Assembly (NCBI GenBank): GCA_046758005.1
Contig: JBHHZJ010000007.1
Span: 163-64,162, forward strand
DNA: 64,000 bases
Reading direction: 5' to 3'
Source of the DNA: Kiloniellaceae bacterium
GTDB lineage: Bacteria; Pseudomonadota; Alphaproteobacteria; Kiloniellales; J153
A program made the position numbers and the translations under genes. Below the pieces are notes generated by a model that was not told where the DNA came from, ran no database searches, and worked only from the letters and a program-made list of their open reading frames with translations. The first letter of the stretch is position 1; each line of letters starts with the position of its first letter. This document shows, one piece after another, positions 21,454 to 31,928 of this stretch.

Positions 21454-22320
21454 ATGGCCGAGCCGGCGTGCGCGTACCGCGAGCGGACCTTCGCGGCCGG
21501 GGACGGCCTGCGCCTCTATTTCCGCGACTACGGCGACCCGCTGGCGCGCGCGACGCCGGTCGTCTGCCTGAGCGGATTGACGCGCAATTCCAAGGACTTC
21601 CACGTCATGGCCGAGCGCCTGGCCAAGCACCGCCGGGTGGTCTGCCTCGACTACCGCGGCCGGGGCCGCTCCGCCTACGACCCGGACTGGCGCAACTACG
21701 GCGCCCGGGTCAGCCTGGACGACGTCCGGCACCTGTTGGCCGCGACCAACCTGCACCACGTCGTGGTCTGCGGCGTGTCTTTCGGCGGTGTGCTCGCCAT
21801 GGCGCTGGCCGTGCTGGCGCCCATGGCCCTGGCCGGGGTCATCCTGGACGACGTCGGGCCCGACCTCAATCCCTCGGGCACCAAGCGGATCCTCGAATGC
21901 GTCGCACGGGACCGGCCGCAGCCCGACTGGGACACCGCGGTCGCGGCGATGAAAGCCACCTTTCCGAGGCTGTCCTTCTCGACCGAGACGGAGTGGCGCC
22001 GCTTCACCGAAGCGACCTACCGCGAGGGGGACGACGGCCTGCTGCATTTCGACTACGACGTGGCGTTGGTCAAGCCGATCCTCGAGGGGCGCGAGCAACG
22101 GGACCTGTGGCCACTGTTCCGCGCGCTGCGTCGGGTGCCGGTGCTGGTCATCCGCGGCGGCGCCTCGGACCTCTTGAGCGCGGAGACCCTCGAGCGCATG
22201 GTCGCGGCGAAGCCGGACCTCGTGCATGTCACCCTGCCTGGGGTCGGCCACGCGCCGTCGCTGAGCGAACCGGAATCGGAGCGCGCGATCGATGACTTCC
22301 TCTCCCGCATCGACGCCTGA
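21454..22320 (+). CDS. Alpha/beta-fold hydrolase (Ser nucleophile)
   Basis: 288 aa. Nucleophile elbow GVSFGG (GxSxG) and a C-terminal GVGHAP catalytic His region. Confidence 0.8.
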   Translation: MAEPACAYRERTFAAGDGLRLYFRDYGDPLARATPVVCLSGLTRNSKDFHVMAERLAKHRRVVCLDYRGRGRSAYDPDWRNYGARVSLDDVRHLLAATNLHHVVVCGVSFGGVLAMALAVLAPMALAGVILDDVGPDLNPSGTKRILECVARDRPQPDWDTAVAAMKATFPRLSFSTETEWRRFTEATYREGDDGLLHFDYDVALVKPILEGREQRDLWPLFRALRRVPVLVIRGGASDLLSAETLERMVAAKPDLVHVTLPGVGHAPSLSEPESERAIDDFLSRIDA

Positions 22321-23320
22321 GGGCGCCCCCGCGCCGCTGCCCACCTTCGCCGGCGTGGCGGCGGCGGCCGAGCGCCTGGCCGGCAAGGCCGTGGTCACGC
22401 CGCTGCTTGAATCGCCGGCGCTGAACGAGCGCCTGGGCGGGCGGGTCCTGCTCAAGGCCGAGATCCTGCAGCGCACCGGCTCGTTCAAGTTCCGCGGCGC
22501 CTACAATCGGATCAGCCTGATCCCGGAGGCCAGGCGGGCGGCCGGGGTCGTCGCCTACTCCTCGGGCAACCACGCCCAAGGCGTGGCCGCGGCGGCGGCG
22601 CTGCTGGGCCTGCCGGCGACCATCGTCATGCCGACCGACGCCCCGAACATCAAGGTGGAGAACACTCGCTCATACGGGGCGAAGGTGGTGCTCTACGAGC
22701 GCTCGGAGGAATCGCGCGAGGTCCGGGCCGAAGAGATCGCCGCGTACACGGGCGCAACCATCGTGCGCCCCTACGATGACCCGGGCGTCATCGCCGGTCA
22801 GGGCAGCTGCGGGCTGGAGATCGCGCGCCAGGCCGCGGACCTGGGCGCGCGGCTCGACGCGCTGCTGGTGTCTTGCGGCGGCGGCGGACTGGTCGCCGGC
22901 TGCGCGTTGGCGCTCGCCGAGCTGAGCCCGGACACCAAGGTCTACACGGTGGAGCCCGCAGGTTTCGACGACACCCGCCGCTCGCTCGAGCTGGGCGAGC
23001 GGGTCGCCAACGAGCCGGGGGCACGGTCGTTCTGCGACGCCCTGCTCGCGCCCGAGCCCGGCGCGCTCACTTTCGAGATCAACAGCCGCCTGCTTGCGGG
23101 CGGATTCGCGGTAAGCGACGCCGAGGTCGCGGCGGCGATGGCCTACGCCTTCCGGACCCTGAAGCTGGTCGTGGAGCCGGGCGGGGCGGTCGCGCTGGCC
23201 GCGGTCCTGGCCGGCCGCTTCGACGCGCGCGGCAAGACGGTGGCGCTCACGCTGTCCGGCGCGAACGTCGATGCGGAGACCTACGCGACGGTCTTGGCCG
23301 AGGCGCGAGGGTGCGCCTGA
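22292..23320 (+). CDS. PLP-dependent threonine/serine dehydratase family enzyme
   Basis: PLP-lysine motif SFKFRGA and SSGNHAQG. About 340 aa with no regulatory ACT domains. The start overlaps the previous gene by 29 nt and is uncertain. Confidence 0.85.
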   Translation: MTSSPASTPEGAPAPLPTFAGVAAAAERLAGKAVVTPLLESPALNERLGGRVLLKAEILQRTGSFKFRGAYNRISLIPEARRAAGVVAYSSGNHAQGVAAAAALLGLPATIVMPTDAPNIKVENTRSYGAKVVLYERSEESREVRAEEIAAYTGATIVRPYDDPGVIAGQGSCGLEIARQAADLGARLDALLVSCGGGGLVAGCALALAELSPDTKVYTVEPAGFDDTRRSLELGERVANEPGARSFCDALLAPEPGALTFEINSRLLAGGFAVSDAEVAAAMAYAFRTLKLVVEPGGAVALAAVLAGRFDARGKTVALTLSGANVDAETYATVLAEARGCA

Positions 23321-23345
23321 GGCGGCGACGACCGAAGTTAAGCGA

Positions 23346-23855
23346 TCAGACGCCGTAGGGACCGATGGTCCGCGCCCCCGAGCCGGAGCCGGTCTCGCCC
23401 GCGCCCGGTTGGGCCCTCGGCGCGGACGCTGCCGGCGCGCCGGCCGCCGGTTTGCCGGCGCGGGCGACGGGTTTCTCGAGCCGGCTAAGCCGTCCGTTCA
23501 CCGAGGCCCCCGCCTCCATCGAGATGTCTCGATGGGCGATGTTGCCCTCGATCCGGGCCGTCTTGGCCAGCAGCACGGAATCCGCCTCGATCTCGCCGCA
23601 CACCGTGCCATAGATGCGAACGGACTCCGCGACGATGGCGCCCTGAACCATGGCCCCCTCCCCGACCGTCAGTTGCCGGCTGGCGATGTCGCCCTCGACC
23701 GTGCCGTCGATCTGAAGGTCACCGCTGCTCTTGAGATCGCCGACGATTTTCAGGTCGCCGCTGATGATCGAAGGCGTGGCGCGGCGCGCCACGTCCGCGG
23801 CGCCGAAGCCACCGGGTCCGGCGCCCGAAGGGGTTCTGCTACCCTTTGAAAACAT
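23346..23855 (-). CDS. Bactofilin (polymer-forming cytoskeletal protein)
   Basis: 169 aa. Repetitive beta-helical core (ISGDLKIVGDLKSSGDLQIDGTVEGDI..., IYGTVCGEIEADSVLL...IEGNI) with a Pro/Ala-rich tail. The start overlaps the upstream M23 gene by 17 nt. Confidence 0.88.
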   Translation of the reverse strand: MFSKGSRTPSGAGPGGFGAADVARRATPSIISGDLKIVGDLKSSGDLQIDGTVEGDIASRQLTVGEGAMVQGAIVAESVRIYGTVCGEIEADSVLLAKTARIEGNIAHRDISMEAGASVNGRLSRLEKPVARAGKPAAGAPAASAPRAQPGAGETGSGSGARTIGPYGV

Positions 23856-25449
23856 GCTTGCCTGCCTTGAGGAACTTCATGGGGTTTTGGGCCCTGCCCT
23901 TATAGCGCACTTCATAGTGGACGTGGGGCCCCGTGCTGCGTCCCGAGTTGCCGACCAGCCCGATTTTCTCGCGATTTCCGACCTCCTGGCCGACCTTGAC
24001 CAGGATCTTGCGCATGTGCCCGTAGCGGGTGCGGATGCCGTAGCCGTGGTCGATCTCGACCGTGCGCCCATAGCGGCCGCGCCAGCCGGCGAAGACCACC
24101 TTGCCGGGCGCCGTGGCGTAGATGGGCGCGCGCAGCCACGAGGCGAAATCGACCCCCAGATGCTTGGCCTTGCGGCCGTTCACCGGGTCCCGGCGCTTGC
24201 CGAATCGGCTGCTGATCCGGTACTGGTCGAGCGGTGCGGACAGCGGCAGACTGCGCACCACGTCCTGGAGCGCGCCCCAACGGTCGAGCTGGTGGTCGAG
24301 CATGGTCACCGATGCCTCGAGCTGCAGGCTCGGCCCGAACTCGGCCGCCTCGTCGGCGGCCGGGACGAAGGGGCCGCCCTGGCCCAGGCCGCGGTCGAGC
24401 GCGCCGGCGAGCAGGGTATTCGCCTCCAAGCCGGTCATCTTGATCGTCTTCTCGATGATGTCGATGCTCAGCCTCGTGCGCTCGCTCAGGCGTTCGATCA
24501 CGCTCTGGCCGGCGTCGCGCAGGTCGACCAGGCGCTGCTCCAGGCCGCCGACGCGCCGCTCGAGGTAGTCGCGCTGGCGCTCCATCCGCACGTTGCGATC
24601 GACCGCCTGGGCGAGCGAGGCGCTGAGCCCGGCGATCCGGTTCTTGAGCGTGCTCTGCCGGTCGGACGCCTCTGAAAGCTTGGTGTCGAGGCTGGCGATC
24701 CTGGCGTTGAGCCGGCTCTGGCCGGCGACCAGCCTCTCGCGCTCGCTCTCCGACGTGCTGAGTTGCTCGCGCAGCCCGGCGACCTGCTGTTCCAGGTCCT
24801 GCCTGGCCGCGGTGGCTTCGCCGAGTTCGCGCTCGACCTTGGCCAGTCGCCGCACGAGCCGCTCGCGCGCCGCCGCGACCTGATCGCGCTCGGCGGTCGA
24901 ACTCTTGACCAGGGCCTGCATCTTCGCGACTTGGGACTGGAGCGAGATGTTGCGCTGGGCGATTTCCCGAAGGTCGCTCTCGAACTGCGCCATCTTCTGG
25001 CGCAGTCCCTCGCGTGCCAGGACGACCCGGGCGTGCTCGGTCTGCGAGCTCTTGAGCCGGCTCTGAATGGTCGCGAGGTTGCGGCGCCCTTCCGGGTTCT
25101 GCTCCAACAGGGACAGGAGGTAGGCCTGGTTCTCCTCCAGGTCCTTGGTAATTTTGGCGAACTGATTGTGATACTCGCCAACCTCGGCCAGCAGGTCGAA
25201 ATAAGCCAGCTTGTGCCGCTCGATCTCGGCTTCCTTCGAGGCCAGGATCGACCGCTGCACGACATAGCTCCCGCTGGCGTACAGGCCCCAACCCAAGATC
25301 GCCACGCCCAGCGCGGCGGCCAGTTTCTGGGCCCGGACCGAAATGCGAAAGTGATGGAAGCGGTCCCCGGAGCGAAAAAAGACCTCGCGCGGGACAAAGG
25401 CTTTCGCCATGAACGCAGCGGTGGATCGCCGCATGTACGGAAACGTCAC
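23839..25449 (-). CDS. Membrane-anchored coiled-coil M23 metallopeptidase (LmdC-like)
   Basis: 536 aa. Short cytoplasmic N-terminus, one TM (LAAALGVAILGWGLYASGSYVV), a long coiled coil rich in Q/E/R/L heptads, and a C-terminal M23 domain (KHLGVDFA, HGYGIRTRYGHM, GNSGRSTGPHVHYEV). GTG start preceded by GGGGAGA. Confidence 0.85.
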   Translation of the reverse strand: MTFPYMRRSTAAFMAKAFVPREVFFRSGDRFHHFRISVRAQKLAAALGVAILGWGLYASGSYVVQRSILASKEAEIERHKLAYFDLLAEVGEYHNQFAKITKDLEENQAYLLSLLEQNPEGRRNLATIQSRLKSSQTEHARVVLAREGLRQKMAQFESDLREIAQRNISLQSQVAKMQALVKSSTAERDQVAAARERLVRRLAKVERELGEATAARQDLEQQVAGLREQLSTSESERERLVAGQSRLNARIASLDTKLSEASDRQSTLKNRIAGLSASLAQAVDRNVRMERQRDYLERRVGGLEQRLVDLRDAGQSVIERLSERTRLSIDIIEKTIKMTGLEANTLLAGALDRGLGQGGPFVPAADEAAEFGPSLQLEASVTMLDHQLDRWGALQDVVRSLPLSAPLDQYRISSRFGKRRDPVNGRKAKHLGVDFASWLRAPIYATAPGKVVFAGWRGRYGRTVEIDHGYGIRTRYGHMRKILVKVGQEVGNREKIGLVGNSGRSTGPHVHYEVRYKGRAQNPMKFLKAGKHVFKG

Positions 25450-25855
25450 CCGACTGTCTCCCCCCGGCGTCAGCCCCCACGGGCTTCCCGTGAACCGGCC
25501 CGCCGGCCACTACAACCGCACCGCCGACCGCGACGGCGCTCCGCATATCAACCTCCCGCCGGGCACAGCCCTTTGCGGGGGATATTCCTTGGGTTTGTCC
25601 CCTTTCGGCCCCTCGTTCGATGGAGGCTGCGGCGGGCGCATCGCCCCGAACGATGCCGCGTCCTTGCTTGAGAAAACCCTACTGACTGCACTATACCGAG
25701 ACAAGTCTTAACTGTTTCCAAACGGCCCTTTCGCGCCAAGACGGATCATCGATGCAAAATAATATTTATTTGTAAACTCAATTAGTTATGCAGATATCCT
25801 CACACTTAATAACAATTTCGAAGACGACGGAGGCATCCGTGAGCGCGCGCCGGCC

Positions 25856-26494
25856 CTACCGGTCGTGGCCGGCGGCGGCCAGCAGTTCGGCCATGCTGGC
25901 GGCGGGGTCCGCGGCGCGCATGACGAACCCCATGACCGCAAGGCCGGAGGCCCCGGCCTCCAGGCAGGAGCGCGCGTTCGCCGGCGTAATGCCGCCCAGC
26001 GCGAGGACCGGGATCGAGACGTTGGCGGCGACGGCTCGCAGCTCGTCCAGTCCGAGTGCGGGCCCGTAGCCGGGCTTACTCTCCGTGCCGAACACCGGGC
26101 TCAGGGTGACGTAATCGGCGCCCGCCCGGGCCGCTGCCTCGACTTCGGCCAGGTCGTGGGCGGAATACCCGATGAGAGCGCCCTCGCCCAACGCCGCCCG
26201 CGCCGCCGCGGGATCGCCTCCGGCGGGCAGGTGGACGCCCGCCGCGCCGGCCGCCTTGGCCGCCGCGATATCGGCGCTCACCATGACCGCGGCGCCGAAG
26301 GGCCGTGCGAGCCGGACCAGACGTTCCAGGAGGCTCAGGCGCTCGGCCGGCGGCATGTCCTTCTCGCGCAGGAGCAGCCAGCGGCAACCGGCCTCGAAGG
26401 CGACCGCAGTCAATCGTTCGAGAGGCACGCGGGCCTGATGCCGGTCCGTGACGACCAGGAGCGGAGGCTGCGGAAGAGCCGAACGACGGATCAC
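25856..26494 (-). CDS. thiE: Thiamine-phosphate synthase
   Basis: 212 aa. LLVVTDR start, the YVTLSPVF.T.SK region and ALGGI motif. Last gene of the thi operon. Confidence 0.88.
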   Translation of the reverse strand: MIRRSALPQPPLLVVTDRHQARVPLERLTAVAFEAGCRWLLLREKDMPPAERLSLLERLVRLARPFGAAVMVSADIAAAKAAGAAGVHLPAGGDPAAARAALGEGALIGYSAHDLAEVEAAARAGADYVTLSPVFGTESKPGYGPALGLDELRAVAANVSIPVLALGGITPANARSCLEAGASGLAVMGFVMRAADPAASMAELLAAAGHDR

Positions 26495-26512
26495 GAGCCA
26501 TGAGGCCCAACC

Positions 26513-26582
26513 CCCTCACCCTCCCGCTGCGCGGGTCCCTCCCTCTCCCCCTGGCCAGGCGGAGAGGGTCGGAGTGAGGGAG
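26513..26582. repeat. Imperfect GC-rich palindromic (REP-like) hairpin between thiG and thiE
   Basis: Nested inverted repeats: CCCTCAC (26514-26520) pairs with GTGAGGG (26574-26580), and CCCTCTCC (26541-26548) pairs with GGAGAGGG (26561-26568). Confidence 0.6.
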
Positions 26583-26647
26583 TCGAGAGCCGGCGCCGCG
26601 TTCTGGGTAACCGGATCAAGTGAACCGTCCCGGTCGCACGCCGCCAC

Positions 26648-28850
<2,203 letters not shown>

Positions 28851-28938
28851 GGCTCGGCTCCCTTCGCTGGCATGACCCAGATCAGGTTCGATGGGTTTGC
28901 TCTCAGCCGGCCTCGCGGGACCGACACCCCAGCCTTTT
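28851..28938 (-). promoter_or_regulatory. TPP (THI-box) riboswitch
   Basis: Minus-strand RNA reads GGCUGGGGUGUCGGUCCCGCGAGGCCGGCUGAGAGCAAACCCAUCGAACCUGAUCUGGGUCAUGCCAGCGAAGGGAGCCGAGCC-AUG. It contains the conserved GGGGUG, CUGAGA, ACCC..GAACCUGAUCUGG.U.AUGCCAGCG.AGGGA elements, immediately 5' of thiO. Confidence 0.9.
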
Positions 28939-29017
28939 TAGTTAAATAATGTACATCAAATGCGCCACAAGAGGCCAGCGCGATGGCGTGAGGGACGACT
29001 GCGCCGGCGCGCGGCGG

Positions 29018-30226
29018 TCAATCCAGCGCCAGCACGAGGACTTTGAGGTACGCCGATTCCGGCAGGAACGGGTGCACGGGGTGATCGGGCCCCGCCCCGG
29101 CCTCGCGAAGGACGCGGGCCTGGCGGCCGGCGGTCCAAATCCCGCGGGCGACCTCGGCGCGGAAGGCCTCCGCGGTCACGTGATGGCTGCACGAGGCGAG
29201 CAGGAGCACGCCTTGCGGCGCGGTCACGCGGGCGGCCAGGCGCGCGAGCTTCCGGTAGCCCTTGAGCGCAGGGCCCACGTCCTTCCTCGTCCTGGCGAAG
29301 GCCGGCGGGTCGGCGATCACAACCTCGAAGCGCGCGCCCTCCCCCGCCAGGCGGGCCAGCTCGGCGAAGGCGTCGGCGCAACGGAACGTGCAGCGATCGG
29401 CGAGGCCGTTCAGCTCGGCCGCCGCCGCGGCCAGTTCCAGCGCGGCCGTGGAGCGGTCCAGCCCGCTCACGGCGCGCGCGCCGCTCCGGGCGCAGGCGAG
29501 CGCGAACCCGCCCGTATAACAGTAGACATCAAGGACATGCGCCCCGGCGCTCAGACGCGCCATGAAGGCGCGGTTGTCCCGCTGGTCATAGAACCAGCCG
29601 GTCTTCTGGCCGCGCAGCACGTCGGCCAGGTAAACCACGCCGTTCTCCTCGACCCGCACCGGGCCGTCGAGCGCGCCCTCGACCGCCCCCGACCTCGGGC
29701 CCAGTCCTTCCAGCGCCCGCACCCCGGGGTCGCCCGCCAGCACGATGACCTCCGGCTGGAGAGCCTCGCCGAGCGCCGCCGCCACCTCCGGCCACAGCCG
29801 GTCCATGCCGGCCGTGTTCGCTTGGACGACGAGCGCCGGCCCGAAGCGGTCGACGACCAGACCCGGCAGGCCGTCGGCCTCGGCGTGGGCCAGGCGGTAG
29901 AAGCCGCCGCCGAGCAAGCGTTCGCGCAACTCCAGCGCCCGGCCCAGCCGTTCGGCGAACCAGGCCCGGTCCACGGGCGTCTCGGGATCGCGGGTCAGCA
30001 GGCGGCCGGCGATGAGCGTGTGGGGGTTGAACGTGGCGGCGCCGATCGGCTCGCCGTTGGCCGTGGCCAAGCGCACCAGCGCGCCCGGCTCGAGCGCCTT
30101 GGCCTCCGGCGTCATCTCGACCTCGTTCGAGTAGACCCACGGGTGGCCCTTGCGCACCCGGCGATGGCAGCCCGCCTTCAGCACGACCGTTGGCAGCCCG
30201 CCGGGGTCCGTTTGCTCGTCCGTCAT
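29018..30226 (-). CDS. Class I SAM-dependent rRNA methyltransferase (RlmI-like, PUA domain)
   Basis: Internal ATG (30226) gives 402 aa. N-terminal PUA-like region (LKAGCHRRVRKGHPWVYSNEV), SAM motif VLDVYCYTGGFALA and the IADPPAF motif. Confidence 0.82.
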   Translation of the reverse strand: MTDEQTDPGGLPTVVLKAGCHRRVRKGHPWVYSNEVEMTPEAKALEPGALVRLATANGEPIGAATFNPHTLIAGRLLTRDPETPVDRAWFAERLGRALELRERLLGGGFYRLAHAEADGLPGLVVDRFGPALVVQANTAGMDRLWPEVAAALGEALQPEVIVLAGDPGVRALEGLGPRSGAVEGALDGPVRVEENGVVYLADVLRGQKTGWFYDQRDNRAFMARLSAGAHVLDVYCYTGGFALACARSGARAVSGLDRSTAALELAAAAAELNGLADRCTFRCADAFAELARLAGEGARFEVVIADPPAFARTRKDVGPALKGYRKLARLAARVTAPQGVLLLASCSHHVTAEAFRAEVARGIWTAGRQARVLREAGAGPDHPVHPFLPESAYLKVLVLALD

Positions 30227-30471
30227 CGTCCCTCGAGCATACACCAGCTGGCGGCGGACGCGGGAGCCGCAACGCTTGTCCGTCCTCGATCCGGGTTGAC
30301 GGACCAGGCGCGCGCCGCAAACCTTGCCATTGGCCAGTCCGGTAAAGCGTTGTAAGAAGGCCGTCGCGGTCGACGGATCGGCGAAGACCGTCGCCGCACG
30401 TCCTGAAACGGGCCGAAGAGCGCTCGCCCCGACACACCAGCCCGACACACCAAAGGCAAGGCAGGTTTCCG

Positions 30472-30768
30472 ATGAGCAAGGTCGCCCTCGTCGTCGATCT
30501 GAAGATCGCGCCCGGAAAGCTGGACTCGTTCCTCGCGCGCGCCACGCGCCACGCGCAGACCTGTCTGGCGAGCGAGGAAGGATGTCTGCGTTTCGACGTC
30601 CTGGTCGCCAAGGACGCGGCGGACCGGGTCTTCCTCTACGAGCTTTACGCCGACCAGGCGGCGGTCGAGGCGCACCTGTCCACGCCGCACATGGCCCAGT
30701 ACCTGGAGGACACCAAGGAGATGATCGCCGAGCGGACGCGCACGGCCTGCACGCTTGCCGGCGACTGA
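30472..30768 (+). CDS. ABM-domain (antibiotic biosynthesis monooxygenase-like) protein
   Basis: 98 aa with the ferredoxin-like ABM pattern (C.RFDVL........V.LYE.Y.D.AA...H..T.H). Confidence 0.75.
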   Translation: MSKVALVVDLKIAPGKLDSFLARATRHAQTCLASEEGCLRFDVLVAKDAADRVFLYELYADQAAVEAHLSTPHMAQYLEDTKEMIAERTRTACTLAGD

Positions 30769-30831
30769 GCCTCCGCGCCCGCCCCGGGCGACGCGCGCGC
30801 CCTGGGTCTCCCGTAAACCGCGTAGAGAAAG

Positions 30832-31797
30832 ATGCTGAAGGTCCTCGTCGCCGGCGCCATCCACGAGGCCGGCCGCGCCCTCCTCGACGCCCGCGACGAC
30901 GTCGACGTCGAGGCGCTCGGCCGCTTGTCCGTCGCGGACCTGGAGGCGCGCATCGCCGACCTCGATGCCCTCGTCCTGCGGCTGACGCCGGTTCGCGCCG
31001 GGACGATCGCCAGGGCGAGGCGGCTCAAGGTCGTCTCCCGCTTCGGCGTGGGGTACGACAACGTCGACGTGGACGCGCTCACGCGGCACGGCATCCCGCT
31101 CGCGATCGTCGGCGACGCCAACGCCGTGCCCGTCGCCGAGCATGCCCTGGCCCTGATTTTGGCGCTGACGCGCCGGCTTATTGCGCACGACCACGCGGTC
31201 CACGTCGGCGACTACGGGGTGCGCGACGGCGCGGCGCAGTCCGAGCTTTGGCGAAAGACGGTCCTGGTCGTCGGGTTCGGCCGGGTCGGCCGGCGCGTCG
31301 CCCGGCGCTGCGCCGCCTTCGACATGCATGTCGTCGCCGCCGATCCGTACCTCGCGCGGGAATCGGTCGAGACCGAGGGCTACCGTTACGTGGACGATTT
31401 CCGCGCGGCGCTGGGAGAGGCCGACATCGTCACGTTGCATCTTCCGGCCACGCCCGACGGCCGTCCCGTCATGGGCCGGCGGGAGTTCGAGGCGATGAAG
31501 CCGGGCGGGTATTTCATCAACGTCGCGCGCGGCTCGCTGGTCGACGAGGACGCGCTCGCCGACGCGCTGAGCCGTGGGCGGCTGCGCGGCGCCGGCCTCG
31601 ACGTGACGCGGCAGGAGCCGCCCGCGCGCGACAGTCCGCTGCTGAGGTTGAGCAACGTGATCCTGACGCCGCACTGCGCCGCGCTTACCGAGGAATGCGC
31701 GCGGCGAATGAGCGTAGTCAGCGTCCAGAACGCGCTCGACGGGCTCGACGGGCGCCTCAAGCCCGAACTCGTCGTCAACAAGGAGGTCCTGGGCTGA
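30832..31797 (+). CDS. D-isomer-specific 2-hydroxyacid dehydrogenase family protein
   Basis: 321 aa. NAD fold VVGFGRVGRRVARR, and the catalytic region INVARGSLVDE...TPH. Confidence 0.85.
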   Translation: MLKVLVAGAIHEAGRALLDARDDVDVEALGRLSVADLEARIADLDALVLRLTPVRAGTIARARRLKVVSRFGVGYDNVDVDALTRHGIPLAIVGDANAVPVAEHALALILALTRRLIAHDHAVHVGDYGVRDGAAQSELWRKTVLVVGFGRVGRRVARRCAAFDMHVVAADPYLARESVETEGYRYVDDFRAALGEADIVTLHLPATPDGRPVMGRREFEAMKPGGYFINVARGSLVDEDALADALSRGRLRGAGLDVTRQEPPARDSPLLRLSNVILTPHCAALTEECARRMSVVSVQNALDGLDGRLKPELVVNKEVLG

Positions 31798-31928
31798 CCC
31801 ACGGCGCGGCCGAGGCCGGCGCGCACGCCCGTCTCCCATGACCGCTGCAATGTCGCTTGCCCGGGACCGGGCGCCGCAATAGCGTGACCCGCCCGCGGGG
31901 GTCGTTTCGCCGCGAGTTCGAAAAGAGG

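Noticed and set aside
21454-22320. Alpha/beta hydrolase next to the HAD dehalogenase as a fluoroacetate/haloacetate dehalogenase
   Set aside because: The nucleophile elbow is GVSFGG (Ser), not the Asp nucleophile expected for alpha/beta-fold haloacetate dehalogenases. It is kept as a generic hydrolase.
25510-25739. Small ORFs (63-64 aa, very basic) in the thiE / M23-peptidase gap
   Set aside because: They overlap each other in different frames, lack Shine-Dalgarno sequences, and have Arg/Pro/Gly-rich compositions typical of random GC-rich translation.
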